From: Dictyostelium discoideum
Lineage: Eukaryota
NCBI GenBank assembly: GCA_000004695.1
Contig: CM000151.3
Location: forward strand, 3,648,001-3,712,000
Direction of reading: 5' to 3'
DNA: 64,000 bases
In this document: one piece after another, positions 1 to 16,881 of the stretch
Numbering within the stretch: the first letter of the stretch is position 1
Layout of the letters: every line of letters begins with the position of its first letter
Made by a program: the position numbers and the translations under genes
The notes under the pieces: model-generated
Seen by the model: only the letters and a program-made list of their open reading frames with translations
What the model was told of the DNA's origin: nothing
Databases searched by the model: none

Positions 1-368
1 TCTCATTATGGTGGGTAGGTGCCATTTGTATGGTATTCGGTCAAATTGTTAGATCGGTTGCAATGGATACAGCAGGTTCAAATTTCACTCATTTGGTTCA
101 AGAAGAAAAGAGAGATGATCATGTTTTAGTTACAAATGGTATCTATCAATATATGAGACATCCATCTTATTTTGGTTGGTTTGTTTGGTCAGTATCAACT
201 CAAGTCATCCTTATGAATCCAATTAGTATTATTGGCTTTGGTTGGGCTTCTTGGAGTTTCTTTTCTCAAAGAATTGAAAATGAAGAAGATTATTTAATTC
301 AATTTTTTGGAAAATCTTATAAAGATTATAAAAAATCAGTTTGGTCTGGTATTCCAGGTATTCATTGA
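1..368 (+). CDS. icmA: Isoprenylcysteine carboxyl methyltransferase (ICMT/Ste14 family), 3' partial CDS. The frame is open from position 3 to the window edge, with stop TGA at 366-368.
   Basis: The translation ends ...YMRHPSYFGWFVWSVSTQVILMNPISIIGFGWASWSFFSQRIENEEDYLIQFFGKSYKDYKKSVWSGIPGIH. The RHPxY...EE..L...FG..Y..Y C-terminal signature is the hallmark of the ICMT family. The gene symbol is the dictyBase name as I recall it and is not verified. Confidence 0.8.
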   Translation, partial: SLWWVGAICMVFGQIVRSVAMDTAGSNFTHLVQEEKRDDHVLVTNGIYQYMRHPSYFGWFVWSVSTQVILMNPISIIGFGWASWSFFSQRIENEEDYLIQFFGKSYKDYKKSVWSGIPGIH

Positions 369-599
369 AAAATTGGAACTATAGTCTTAATTTAATAAAT
401 TTATAATAAAAAAAATATAATAAATAAATAAATAAATAAATAAACGATTTTAGAAATGTATTTTTATAACAATATAAATAGAGTTTTAAAAAAAAAAAAA
501 AAAAAAATCTTAAAAAATAAAAAAAAAATTAAAAATTAAACAGTTGATCAAAAATTTTATGTGAATAAATGAACAACCAAACCCAAAAAAAAAAAAAAA

Positions 600-642
<43 letters not shown>

Positions 643-703
643 ATTTTTTGAAAAATTTTTTTTTTAATTAATTTTTTATATAAAGTCAATTTGTCTATAT
701 TTT

Positions 704-737
<34 letters not shown>

Positions 738-909
738 CCCTAACAGTTTTTTTTTTTTTTTTTTGTTTTTACATATTTTTTCCTTGTAATAGTATATATT
801 TAAAAATAATAAAATAAAAAAAAAAAAAAAAACTGTATTAAAAAAAAAAAAAATTGTAGTATATTAGTTTATTAAATAATTTGTAATTATAATAGAAATA
901 AAAATAAAA

Positions 910-2253
910 ATGAATAACGAAGAATATGATGAAAATAATAATAATGATGTTGGTGGTGAAGAATATTATGACAATTATAATTTTGAACCAATTTGGGTAA
1001 GAGCGTTATATGATTATGATGCAGCTGACGATACAGAGATTAGTTTCAAAGAGAATGATGTTATATGTATTACACAAGATTTTGAAGATGGTTGGTGGAA
1101 TGGTGATCTCAATGGTAATGTTGGTAGAGTTCCTGCAAATTATTTCGAATATTTAAATCAAGATCAAACTGGTGATTATCAACAAGACAATTATGATGAT
1201 GCTCAAGATCAACAACAACAACAATACTACGAAGGTGAAGATGGCCAACTATATTACACTGGTGAAGATGGTCAACAATACTATTATGACGGTGGTCAAG
1301 AACAACAACAACAACAATACGATGGTGGTGATTATGATCAACAAAACCAACAAGAAGGATATGGCGACGATGGTGACGATGAAGAAGGAGGTAATATTGG
1401 TAGTGGTGGTGTTAAGAAAATCGATGAAGCTAGAAAAGAATTGTTAAGACAAAAGAGAGAGGTCTATAAAAAAGAGATGAAAGATCTTCAAGATAATTTA
1501 AAGAATCAAAATGATTGTAAAGATAGATTAGGTACCAGTGTAGAGTCATTAGAGAAGAAAAGAGATGAATTAGAGGACCATATTAGATTATTGAAACTTT
1601 TGAAATTTATAAATTTAGAAATCATAAAGACAGAGATTGATATTGATGTTGATTCCGACTCTTCAACTACATCACGTCAAACTGGTATTGCAATTACACA
1701 AGATTTAAAATCAATTAGAACTTTATTAGGTATTAAATCTTCAACATCCTCCTCTTCTTCATCATCATCATCCTCTGCAGTCGATGCACCAAAAAAACAA
1801 TTTGATTTGAAATTGGAAGATATTGAAAAGAAAGTAATTAATAATTTAAATTTATTAGATAGTTGTGATAATTTAAAGAAATCTTTATTATTAAGTTTAC
1901 AACTATTTCAAACAACTTATTTAAATGGAAATGGTATACCACCACCATCACCTACTAGAATTAAATCAATACCTACCAATTCAACAAATATACAGCAACA
2001 ACAACAACAACAACAACAACCACCACTACCACCATCCTCTTCCTCCAATACTAATACTTCAAATAATTTTTATGTTTCAACATCATCCACACCATCAAAT
2101 GCATTCTTTAGTGCACCTTCAACTCCATTATCTGATAAAGATAAAAGAAAATCTGTTAAAGAAGCTAAAAAAGAAGAAAAAAAATTAGAAAAAGAACTTA
2201 AAAAAGAAGAAAAAAAAGAAGAAAAGAAATTAGAAAAAAAAGTTTCAAAATAA
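910..2253 (+). CDS. SH3 domain-containing protein, 447 aa, single exon. It has an N-terminal SH3 domain, then a Q/Y/G-rich region, coiled-coil, Ser-rich and lysine/glutamate KEEKK repeat tail.
   Basis: ALYDYDAADDTEISFKENDVICITQDFEDGWWNGDLNGNVGRVPANYFEYL is a canonical SH3 fold motif (ALYDY...WW.G...G..G.vPsNYve). The ORF is uninterrupted, with an A-rich start context and poly-T after the stop. Confidence 0.75.
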   Translation: MNNEEYDENNNNDVGGEEYYDNYNFEPIWVRALYDYDAADDTEISFKENDVICITQDFEDGWWNGDLNGNVGRVPANYFEYLNQDQTGDYQQDNYDDAQDQQQQQYYEGEDGQLYYTGEDGQQYYYDGGQEQQQQQYDGGDYDQQNQQEGYGDDGDDEEGGNIGSGGVKKIDEARKELLRQKREVYKKEMKDLQDNLKNQNDCKDRLGTSVESLEKKRDELEDHIRLLKLLKFINLEIIKTEIDIDVDSDSSTTSRQTGIAITQDLKSIRTLLGIKSSTSSSSSSSSSSAVDAPKKQFDLKLEDIEKKVINNLNLLDSCDNLKKSLLLSLQLFQTTYLNGNGIPPPSPTRIKSIPTNSTNIQQQQQQQQQPPLPPSSSSNTNTSNNFYVSTSSTPSNAFFSAPSTPLSDKDKRKSVKEAKKEEKKLEKELKKEEKKEEKKLEKKVSK

Positions 2254-2441
2254 ACTTCTTTTTTTTTTTTTTTTTTTTAATATATATATTATTTAAATTA
2301 TTCACATATATTTTTCAATAAAAAAAATAAAATAAAAAAAATAAAAAAATGATTAAAAAAAAAAAAAAAAATTATTTTATTTATATATTTTTATTTTATT
2401 TCTTTTTATTTAATTATTATTTTATATAATTATTATTATTA

Positions 2442-3343
2442 TTATTCTTCTTCTTCATAATCAACATCTTTAATTTCTTCATCAGCAAATAATGACCAAT
2501 CAACTTGAGCAGCAACTTCTTCTAATTTTGGTTTAATTGAAGCTACAGTGATATTTGAAGCTTCTTCACCTTCCTCCATTAATCTTGAATCTGAAGCATT
2601 CAATGATGTATCTTGTTCGAATAATTGTCTACCTGTTAATTTATTTAATTGTTTCTCTTTTTTAAATGGTTTAGTTTCCTCTATAAATTTCTTTCTCCAT
2701 GCTAAAAATGCCTCTTCTGTGACTGGTGTACCTTCGAATGGTCTTTCATCATCTTCAGCCTCTGAGGAGGATGATTGTTCACTCTCTTCTAAATCTGGAT
2801 CAATATTATTCTCATCAACCCATTCTTTAATTAAACCACACAATATAAATATCATTGACATACCAATATTATTCTCTGCTTCTTGTATAACTTTACCTTG
2901 TAATTCTAAAATATCCTCTTTCTCTAATCCTAAATGAGGTATTAAATCAATCTTTGGTATTGAATTTGGATAATCAACTGAAAATATAATATCTAAAATA
3001 ATTGCAACTATTTCAATTTAAATATATGATAATTATCATATGATAATTAATAATTATTTTAATTTTTATAAAAATTTTTAAATCTATTGAATTCAATAAA
3101 AACTTACCAAAATTTGGTTCATCACCACCTGGATTTGGTAGTAATGTAATTTGTACATGATCTGAATCTATACCTATGGAAAAAAAAAAAAAAAGGGTTA
3201 ATAAGAATTTATTGGATGTTAAAAAAAAAAAAAGGAAAAAAAAAAAAAAAGTGTGGTTATTAATATAAAGGATATTTACTATTGAAATGATCCATATAAA
3301 TGGCTGATAAAGCCTCAACTTCCATATCTTTTTCTTCACTCAT
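2442..3343 (-). CDS. RWD domain protein (RWDD1/DFRP2/Gir2-like), 231 aa. Three exons: 3280..3343, 3108..3173, 2442..3007.
   Basis: The spliced protein reads MSEEKDMEVEALSAIYMDHFNSIDSDHVQITLLPNPGGDEPNFGVAIILDIIFSVDYPNSIPKIDLIPHLGLEKEDILELQGKVIQEAENNIGMSMIFILCGLIKEWVDENN... followed by an acidic C-terminal DFRP-like region (AFLAWRKKF). Donors are GTAAAT and GTAAGT; acceptors are ATAG and ATAG. Phases are consistent (1 and 1). Confidence 0.7.
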
Positions 3344-3522
3344 TTTAAGTATTTGTATATATATTGTTTATTTTATTAGATAGGATTTAAATCTAATTAT
3401 TATATTGGTTTTATTATACAATTGAAATTGAATTTTGATGTTTTTCTTTCTTTTAATATTTTACAATATTGAACCACACAACCCAAAATTGATCGATTTT
3501 TTTTTTTTTATTTTTTTTTTTA

Positions 3523-3565
<43 letters not shown>

Positions 3566-3661
3566 AAAAAAATTAATTTTCATTTTTTACATTTTTTTTT
3601 TTTTTTTTATATTTTTCATTTTTTAATTTTAATAATAAACGAATAATAATATTGTTTAATA

Positions 3662-4474
3662 ATGAATAAAAATAAAAAAGGATTTAAACTTTTTTTTATA
3701 TTTCCAGTTATTGCATTTGGATTAGGTACTTGGCAAGTTTATAGATATGATTGGAAGAAAAGATTAATTCAGAGAGCAAAAGATAGAATGGAGGAAGATC
3801 CAATCGAATTATCAAATTCATTCATAAAGAATTTTAAAGGTAGTAGTTTTGGTGATTTAAATAAATATGAATTTAGAAGAGTATATTTAAATGGAAAAGT
3901 AATTGATAACCAATACGTCTTACTTGGACCAAGATCCATTGATGGTACATTGGGCTACTACGTCATCTCACCATTACAATTATCAGATGGCACTAGAATT
4001 CTCTTAAATAGGGGTTGGAGTGCTTCAACCCCAAAATCAAATTATAAAATTCCCTATGCAATTGAAGAATTAAAATTAATTCATCAAAAAGAAAAAGAAC
4101 AAGGACAACAACAAGGAAATCAAGAATCAATTTTATATAGATATTTTAATATTTTAGGTGTAATTAGTAAAACTAAAGAAAGAGGTAGTGCATTTACACC
4201 AACTAATCAACCTGAGAAAGGACAATGGTATAGTTTAGATGTTGATGCAATGGCTGATCAATTGAATACCGAACCTTTAATGATCAATACTATGGATGAA
4301 ACTGAAATTAATTCCAAACCATCATCATTACCAAATCCACAATTCAAAAGATTCGATAACGATGTTGAAAGTAGTTTCCATAATAAACATATGTCTTATA
4401 TTGGAACTTGGTATACTTTATCAGCTTCATTATTTTTTATTTATTTTAGATATATGAGAAAATTACCAAAATAA
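3662..4474 (+). CDS. surf1: SURF1 (Surfeit locus protein 1) cytochrome c oxidase assembly factor, 270 aa, single exon.
   Basis: An N-terminal TM helix followed by GTWQVYRYDWKKRLI (SURF1 N motif). A C-terminal TM helix with HNKHMSYIGTWYTLSASLFF (SURF1 C motif). Confidence 0.8.
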   Translation: MNKNKKGFKLFFIFPVIAFGLGTWQVYRYDWKKRLIQRAKDRMEEDPIELSNSFIKNFKGSSFGDLNKYEFRRVYLNGKVIDNQYVLLGPRSIDGTLGYYVISPLQLSDGTRILLNRGWSASTPKSNYKIPYAIEELKLIHQKEKEQGQQQGNQESILYRYFNILGVISKTKERGSAFTPTNQPEKGQWYSLDVDAMADQLNTEPLMINTMDETEINSKPSSLPNPQFKRFDNDVESSFHNKHMSYIGTWYTLSASLFFIYFRYMRKLPK

Positions 4475-4958
4475 TAAAATTACCAAAATAATTAAAATAA
4501 TTAAAATAGTAATAATAATAAAAAAAATAATAAAAATATATATATATATGTAAATATTTGACACGTTGGTAAAAATAAAAAATAAAAATAAAAATAGTTG
4601 TTAAAACCAACAAAGCAACATCACATTTTTCATATCTTGAAAATTTTTTTTTTTTGATTTTTTTTTTTTTTTTTTTTTTAAAATTTTTCAAAAATTTTAT
4701 GTTTTGTTTTTAATTTTTATTTTTTTTTTATTTTATTTTTTTTTTTTTTCCATACAACAAGATTTTTTTAATTTTTTTTTTTTTTTTTCTAATTTTTTTT
4801 TTTTTCTTTTTACTTTTCATCGCGTGGTCTTTTTTTTATTATTTTTTTATTTTTTAATATTAAATAATTTTTTGGGTATAACACCAATACCATCACCATC
4901 ATTCTATTATAGTATAGTTTGAAAACTATACAAAAGAAAAAAAAAAAAAAAAAAAAAA

Positions 4959-5165
4959 ATGGATACAGTTTTAAATAATATTAATCAAAGTAGATATTTC
5001 AATGATTCAACAGCAAATACTAAAATTGAAGAAATCAAGAAGCATTTAGATAGTCCATCTGATGCTGATAAACTTGAAAGTATGAAAAAGTTAATCGCTG
5101 TATGTATATATAATAAAATAAATAAATAAATAAAATGATGATGATGATGATGATGATTAATATTA

Positions 5166-5220
<55 letters not shown>

Positions 5221-8200
5221 GATGTTATCAAAAGGTAGAGATGTTTCAGAAGCATTTCCTCAAGTTGTAAAGAATGTAATTGTAAAGAATTTAGAGATTA
5301 AGAAATTAGTATACATGTATTTAGTTCATTATGCAGAGAGTCAAAATGATAGTGCATTATTGTCAATTAATACCATTCAAAAGTCATTAAATGATCAAAG
5401 TCAAGTGATTAGAGCATCAGCATTGAGAGTTATGTCATCAATTCGTGTTATTGATATCATTGAAGTGATTATATTGGCAATTGAGAAATCTGTTAAGGAT
5501 ACATCACCATTTGTTAGAAAGGCCGCTGCTTTTGCAATTGCAAAAGTACATAAATTGGATTGTGATAAACAAGAGCCATTAATCGACCTATTGGAAATAC
5601 TCTTAAATGATACAAGTACAATGGTATTAGGTGCTGCTATCGTCGCTTTCAATGAACTTTGTCCACAACGTTTTGATCTCCTTCATCAACATTATAGAAA
5701 AATTTGTCAATTATTAGCTGATTTCGATGAATGGTCACAAGTAATCGTACTTGATATTCTTACAAAATATGCAAGATCACAATTTAGATGTCCTGATTCA
5801 ACAATGGTAATTATTAAAAAATAAATATATTAATAATTTAATTTTAATTTTGAAAGGTACTAATCTTTTTTTTAAAAAAAATAAATAAATAAATAAATAC
5901 TACCACTACCACTACCACTACCACTACCAGTACCACTACCACTACCACTACCACACCACTACCACTACCACTACCACTACCACTACCACTACCACTACCA
6001 CTACCACTACCACTACCACTACCACTACCACTACCACTACCACTACCACTACCACTACCACTACCACTACCACTACCACTACCACTACCACCATCATACC
6101 ATAATCACTATCACTATCACTATCACTATCACTACCACCATCATACCAGCATCACTACCAATAGTACTACCAATACTAATACTAAATTTAAGAATGATAA
6201 AAATATTAAACAATTTAAAAAGAAATCAAAATCATTTTATTCAGATGAAGAAGATCAAGAAGATGATGAACCAGAAAATAGTTTATATAAAAAGAAACCA
6301 TTAGAAAGAGATATGTTTGATTCAAGTGAAGAGATTGATATGGATCATAGATTATTATTAAAATCAACATTACCATTATTACAGAGTAGAAATAATGCAG
6401 TAGTGATGGCAGTAAGTTCATTGTATTTCTATTGTGCACCATCGATTGAAGCACAAAAAGTTGGTAAATCATTAGTTCGTATTTTACGTAGTGGACCAGA
6501 AGTACAATACATTACATTGACCAACATTTCCACTATGGTAACATTGAGACCATCAATGTTTGAACCTCATTTATCAGAGTTTTTCATTCATTCATCTGAT
6601 CCAGAGTATAGCATCAAATTGAAATTAGAGATATTGACTCGTTTAGCAACACCTGAAAATATTGGTAAAATCTTGAAAGAGTTCAAAGAGTATGTAAAGA
6701 ATGAAGATAAGAAATTCGTTGCAGCCACAATTCAAGCGATTGGCTCCTGCGCCTCTACAGTACCAGATGTAACCGAATCATGTATCTATGGTTTAATGTC
6801 CCTCCTATCCAATCAATCAACTGTTGTAGTTGCAGAGAGTGTAATTGTTTTAAAAAGATTATTACAATTGAATGCAACAAATGAAAAACTTGAGAAATTA
6901 GAAAAAGAAAAAGAAAAAGAAAAAGATGTCAAAGAAAATCAATCAACCATTTCAAAACATTCATCATCAAATAATTCAATTAAATATGATAATATAATTT
7001 TACATTTATCAAAACTATTAGATACACTTCAAGTACCAAGTGCACGTGCATCAATCGTTTGGGTAATTGGTGAATATTGCTATCGTGTACCATTGGTTGC
7101 ACCAGATGTATTTAGAAAATTAGTTAAATCATTCTCTGATGAACATGAATCTGTTAAATTGGAAACCTTAAATTTAGGTTCAAAATTATATGTTCAATTC
7201 ACTGATAATAATAGTACTACCACTACTGATAATAGTATACCAAATGAATTTAAAAATGAAAGAACTAAAGAAAAGATCACCTTAATGTTTCAATATGTTT
7301 TAAATTTAGCAAAATTCGATCAAAACTATGATATTAGAGATAATAGTAGAATGTTAAAACATTTCTATTTCAATACTGAGAATACTCAATCCATCAATAG
7401 TAATATCAAACAAATCGTTATCAATCAAAAACCAATTCCAACTGAAACTTCAATAAGTGAAGATAGACAACGTTTTACACTTGGTTCATTATCACATATC
7501 GTTAATCATACTGCTTTAGGTTACACCGCATTACCTGATTTCCCTGATGTTGCCCCTGATCCATCAGTTAGAGAACCAATTCAACGTTGGATTCCAAATC
7601 AACAATCACAACAACAACAACACCAACAACAACAATTAAATAATATTTTCGTTGATACTCCATTTTATTCTGATGAGGAAGAAGAAGATGAGGAGGAGTA
7701 TGATGAGGAGGAAGAGGAAGAAGAATATGAAGAACAAAATGAATATGAAGATTTCTTTGGTGAAGAAAAGAAAAATAAAAAGAAAAATAGAAAACAACAA
7801 AACTATGATGAAGATGAATATAATCAAGATATTGATGATGGTGAATATGATGGTGAAGGTGAAGTTCAAGCAGAGGATGAAGATGATTTCGATGAATTAT
7901 TTGGTATAACTAATGACGATAACAATCAAACCGCTAATGGTATTGGTGGTGGTGGTAGTGGTGAGGAAGAAATGGATAAATTTGATTTTGAAAATTATAT
8001 AAACTCCACTACCAAATCTGTAAAGAAAATATTATTAAAACCAACAATTAGTGGTGGATTAAGTATTGATTATTGTTTCATTAGAATCAGAGATAATGAA
8101 GAATTTTCATGTCAACCACGTTATAATATCATTCAATTAAATATAAAGAATCAATCTGATGAAACTTTCACCGATATCTCTATCATTAATAAAAATTTAA

Positions 8201-8594
8201 TCGATGGTGCTGATATTAGTGAATTTGATCCAATCGAATCAATTGAACCAAATCAAGCAATTCAAAAACAAATTTATGTTTTATTTAATTCAACTTCTCA
8301 ATCTTGTAAATTTGAAATTAGGTAAATTTTTTATTTTTTTATTTTTTTATTTATTACTTTTGAAAATTAAATACAAATATTAATTAAAAAATATATATAT
8401 TTTATTATTATCATTATAGCTTTAATAAAGGTAATTTCCCAGTAACTTTAACACCAATTATTGGTGAATTATTAATACCAATTGTACCAATTTATGAATC
8501 AATTAGTCAATGGAAAGATGAATTTGAAGAAGTTGGTGAATTTAAACAAGTTGATGATCAATTTGAATTTGGTGATCAATGCTTAGATAAATTA

Positions 8595-8632
<38 letters not shown>

Positions 8633-8891
8633 AAGTGGTGATGAAAATATTGGTTTAATGCCAATTTTACCAATAGTTTTAGAAGGTATTAATTTAATTC
8701 CAATAGCCTCGAATAAATTAAAATCAAAGATTCAATTTGCAAGTAAAACTTTATTAAAAGATGAAAACATTTATGTTCAAATTCAATTATTAAAACAACA
8801 ACCACCAACTGTTAATTGTATTATTAGAAGCAATGATCAAGTTGTATCTGCTCTATTACTTAAAAAATTAAAAGATGTCTTACAAAAATAA
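4959..8891 (+). CDS. ap3b-1: AP-3 complex beta subunit (beta-3 adaptin), about 1108 aa. Four exons: 4959..5099, 5222..5806, 6193..8321, 8420..8891.
   Basis: It is collinear with human AP3B1. KKLIA|MLSKGRDVSEAFPQVVKNVIVKNLEIKKLVYMYLVHYAE matches [52 protein letters not shown]...MDHRLLLKSTLPLLQSRNNAVVMAV matches FYESDDDQ...[25 protein letters not shown]. There is an acidic hinge, and C-terminal PIIGELLIPI matches PVGELLLPV. Donors are GTATGT, GTAATT and GTAAAT. The exon 2/3 junction (5806/6193) is inferred from the human alignment and is the least certain. Confidence 0.8.
5889..6170. repeat. (CCACTA)n hexanucleotide microsatellite of about 45 units, with a few variants (CCAGTA, CATCAC, CACTAT). 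It lies inside the putative AP-3 beta intron 2.
   Basis: Direct reading shows ctaccactaccactacc... uninterrupted for about 280 nt. It is unusually GC-rich for an intron in this genome. Confidence 0.9.
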
Positions 8892-9046
8892 AGAAAGAAA
8901 TTAAGTGTGAAGAAAAAGAAAAAAAAAAAAAAACCTGGAAAAAAAAAAAAAATAAAAAAAAAAAAACCTGGAAAAAAAAAAAAAATATATTAAATTATAA
9001 TAAATAATAAAATAAATAAAAATAATAAAAACCTTTAAAATTAAAA

Positions 9047-9088
<42 letters not shown>

Positions 9089-9874
9089 CACTTTTATTTA
9101 TTTATTTATTTTATTTATTAATTTATTTTTTTCTTCTGACAACGTATTTTTTAATAAATTAAAAAAAAATGGTAATAAAAGATTTAAATAAAAGATATCA
9201 AAATTTATTTAAACTATTTATATTATTAAAGTATCTTATTAATATTGATTTTATTATTTGAATCTTTTAATAAAGTTATTATTCTTGATCCTAACTTCAT
9301 CAATTCTATCCAATAATATTATAATTAAAATAATAATTATGATAAAAGGATAATAGATGATTATTTCTTTCACTCAATATAAATATATATGTAACACTAT
9401 TTAAATATTTATTATTTTTTTTTTTTTATTTTTTTATTTTAACCCTTACCAATCCATTTACCAAAAGTTTATTCGTAAAAAAAAAAAAATGAAAAAAAAA
9501 AATAAAAAATTTTGCCACCACACAAAACTTAAAATTTTAGATCTTCCATTTTCAATTAAAAAAAAAAAAAAAAAAACAGTAAAATTTGGCCCTATTATTA
9601 GTTGCAATGAATTTTTAAAGTGCACTTTTTGGAAATTTAAAAGACGTTTTACAAAAAAAAAGGGTAAAAAAATAAATAAATTCTAAACAGTATTTTTTTT
9701 TTTCTAAACATTTTAAAATTCACAACAAAACAAAATTTTTTTTTTTTTTTTCTTCAAAGTTATGAGCTAACCTTTTTTCCTTTTAATTTTTTTTCTTTTT
9801 TTTTTTTTTTAATTATGGAGCGAATCCAAATTTGAAGTATTTTCCCACCCCATCCTCCACCTAATCTGAAATAT

Positions 9875-9909
<35 letters not shown>

Positions 9910-11532
9910 TTGTTATTATTAATATTTTTTTGGGGAATAAATAAAAAACTGACAGACAAATAATAATAATAACAATCACAATCATTGAATAAAAAAAAAA
10001 AAAAAAATCCAATTAAAATTCTATTATTAAAACCATATTCCAACCATTCGTAATTTCGTCAATGTGTTCTTTTTTTTTTTTTTTTTTTTTTATATTTTTT
10101 TTTTTTTTTGTTAAAAATCAAAAAAAAAAAAACTAAATAAAAATGGTTTAAAAAAAAAAAAAAACAATTGGTTAACTTGAACAATATAATTTTAAACTGT
10201 CACCAATAAAATATCGCTACCCATTAAAAAAAAACAATATTAAAAAAAAAAAATAAAAAAATGATCTGTGAAACACCAAATTAATTAGGAATAAAAAAAA
10301 AAATAAAAAAAAAAAAAAAACGAAAATGATCACTTTCTTTTTCTCCTTTATAATCGTTTCATTTTTTTTTATTTTTTTTTTATTTTTTTTTTATTTTTTT
10401 ATTTTTTTTTTTTTGAGATTAATTTTATTATAATTATTAAACCCTGCAAAAATTTTGTGGGCAAACCTCTTAGTATTTAATTTTTTAAAAAAGTTCGGTT
10501 TTTAGGTGCGCCATTGCTCTCACACATGCGAAAAAAAAAAAAAAAAAAAAAAAATTAATTAAAAAAAAAATAAAATAAAATAAAAAAATAATAAAATAAT
10601 AAAATAATAAAAAATAAAAAATATACAAAAAAAAAAAAAAACACAAAAATAAAAGAATAATAATAAAAAAAATAAATAAATAATAATTATAAAAAAATAA
10701 AAATAAAAAAAAAATAAAAAATAAAAAATAAAAAAATGTATTGATGTGTCTATGCATGCAACACTTTTTACTACAATTACAAAACATTAATAACAAATAA
10801 AAAAACAAAATATAATTATATCTACCTTACCTAAACTGGGTTAGTGGTATTTAATTAAATTAGAAAAAAAAAAAGAAAAAAAGAAAAAAAAAGAAAAAAA
10901 AGAAAAAAAAAAAAAAAAAAAAGAGAATTACACAACACATTTTCACACACCCAATTTCTCACATTTATGAGATACAAAATATTGAATGGTAATATTAAAT
11001 TCTTACAACATATTTAACCACTATAGCCACATAACTCGAAAAAAAAAAAAAAAAAAAAAAAAACCACACAACCACTTGTTTGTTTATTATTTTATAATTT
11101 AAATAATAATAATAATAAATACACTTCTACCTACACATTATCATAACCTCACATAAAAAAAAAAAAAACACACCCCCTCCTCACATTATTATTTTTATTA
11201 TTATTGTTATTTTTTTGTTGTTGTTGTTGAATCTATTTATATGTTTAATGTGTGATAAAAAAATTTTTAAAAAAAAAAAAGAAAAAAAGAAAAAAAATTT
11301 TAATAACCCAGATATTTGGTATTTTTATTATTTTCATTAATAATAATTAAATAAAAAAAAAAAAAAAAAAAAACTTGTTAAATATTTAAATGTGTATATA
11401 TAACGTTAAAATTACAAAATTAATTACAAACAACAACAACACAATCTTTCATCACACTTAAATTGGCACCGATACAATGTTTATTATTTTTTTTTAATTT
11501 AATATAACAGTTGTGTGTTTCCTAATTAAATT

Positions 11533-11563
<31 letters not shown>

Positions 11564-12426
11564 TTATTATTATTATTATCACATAAATATTTATATACCT
11601 ACAATTCACCACACCCCTCCAATAATTCAATTAATCTGTATGACTTTGTTTTCTTTTTCTTTTTCTTTTTTTTTTTTTTTTTCCTTTTTTTTTTTTTTAA
11701 TTTTTTTATATTTTTTTTTTTTCCATTTTTTTTTTTTTTAATTTATATTTTTTATTAAAAAAAAAAAAAAAAATCATTAGAGGATTGTTTTATTATTTAA
11801 TAAAATTCTACACACACATATATATATATATATATATTGTGTATATATATATATATATTATATATATATATTAATAGGGAAAAAAAATATATACCATTCC
11901 ACACCAATAATTTTTTTATTACGACTTTCAAAAATTTAATATATTATAATAACCCACTTCCACAAAAAAACACACACATATACATAACCAAAAATAAACA
12001 CTATATGTTTCCAATTATTATTATTACTCTAAAAATATTAATAAATTACTAATATTAATCATTTTAGTAAAACATCTTTTTATTCTTTTTTTTTTTTTTT
12101 TTTTAAATTAAATTAAAAAATAAAAATATATATTTTTTTTTTTCTTTTCTTTTTTTTTTTTTTTATTTTATTTTTTTCAATATATTTATAAATTCAAATC
12201 ATAAAAATTAAAAAAATATAAAATAACAGCATCAAATATATCCATTCAAAAAAAAGTTTCAATTATTAGGTGATAAAGTTTTTTTTTTTTTTTTTTTTCA
12301 ATATAATTTTTTTTTTTTTTTTTTTAACAAATTAAAAAAATAAAAAAAAAAAAAAAAAAAAAAAAAAACCAACACACAAGTTAGAAATATAAAAACCAAT
12401 AGCAGCATTTATATACAATAATCATT

Positions 12427-16424
<3,998 letters not shown>

Positions 16425-16881
16425 ATTATGTTTCTCTTTTTCAAGCAACCGATTAGTAACCTCTTGCTTCAAAATACAAATATTAATCTATATAAATAAT
16501 AAAACTATTTATTCTTTTTTTTTTTATATATTCTTTTTTTTTTTTTTCCACAAAAACTTTCAACATTCAAAGATATCCCTTTTTTCCAAAAAAAAAAAAA
16601 AAAATACAAATACTGGAACTTGTTTTTTTTTTCCCCAATAGCAGTTTCTAAAATAAAAAAATAAAGTTAAAAAAAAAACATAAACATTTCTTTTTTACAA
16701 AATTTTAGTTACCTAAAGGATTTTTTAAAAATCACATTCTTTTTTTATCACTTTAAGATTTTATTTCTTGTATATATATATATATTTATTGTTTTTAAAA
16801 TTATATATATATATTTATTGCTTTTTTTTTTTATAAATAAGATAATTAAATGATTTGTGACTTTTTTTTACAGTGTAGAAT

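Noticed and set aside
2548-2937. 129-aa plus-strand ORF overlapping the RWD gene.
   Set aside because: It is antisense to a well-supported spliced CDS, and the composition is Ser/Leu-rich shadow-ORF-like.
3013-3339. 108-aa minus-strand ORF starting MKKKIWKL.
   Set aside because: It is read in the wrong frame across the RWD gene's introns and poly-T tracts. The real exons use other frames.
5882-6170. Possible CRISPR-like array (regular short repeats).
   Set aside because: The units are 6-bp tandem microsatellite repeats (CCACTA) with no spacers. The genome is eukaryotic and no cas genes are present.
9489-12052. Small ORFs in the 8.9-12.4 kb desert (9489..9686+, 9861..10043-, 10485..10808-, 11513..11758+, 11837..12052+).
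   Set aside because: They are Lys/Phe/Ile/Leu homopolymer translations of A/T tracts with no domain signal and no plausible start context.
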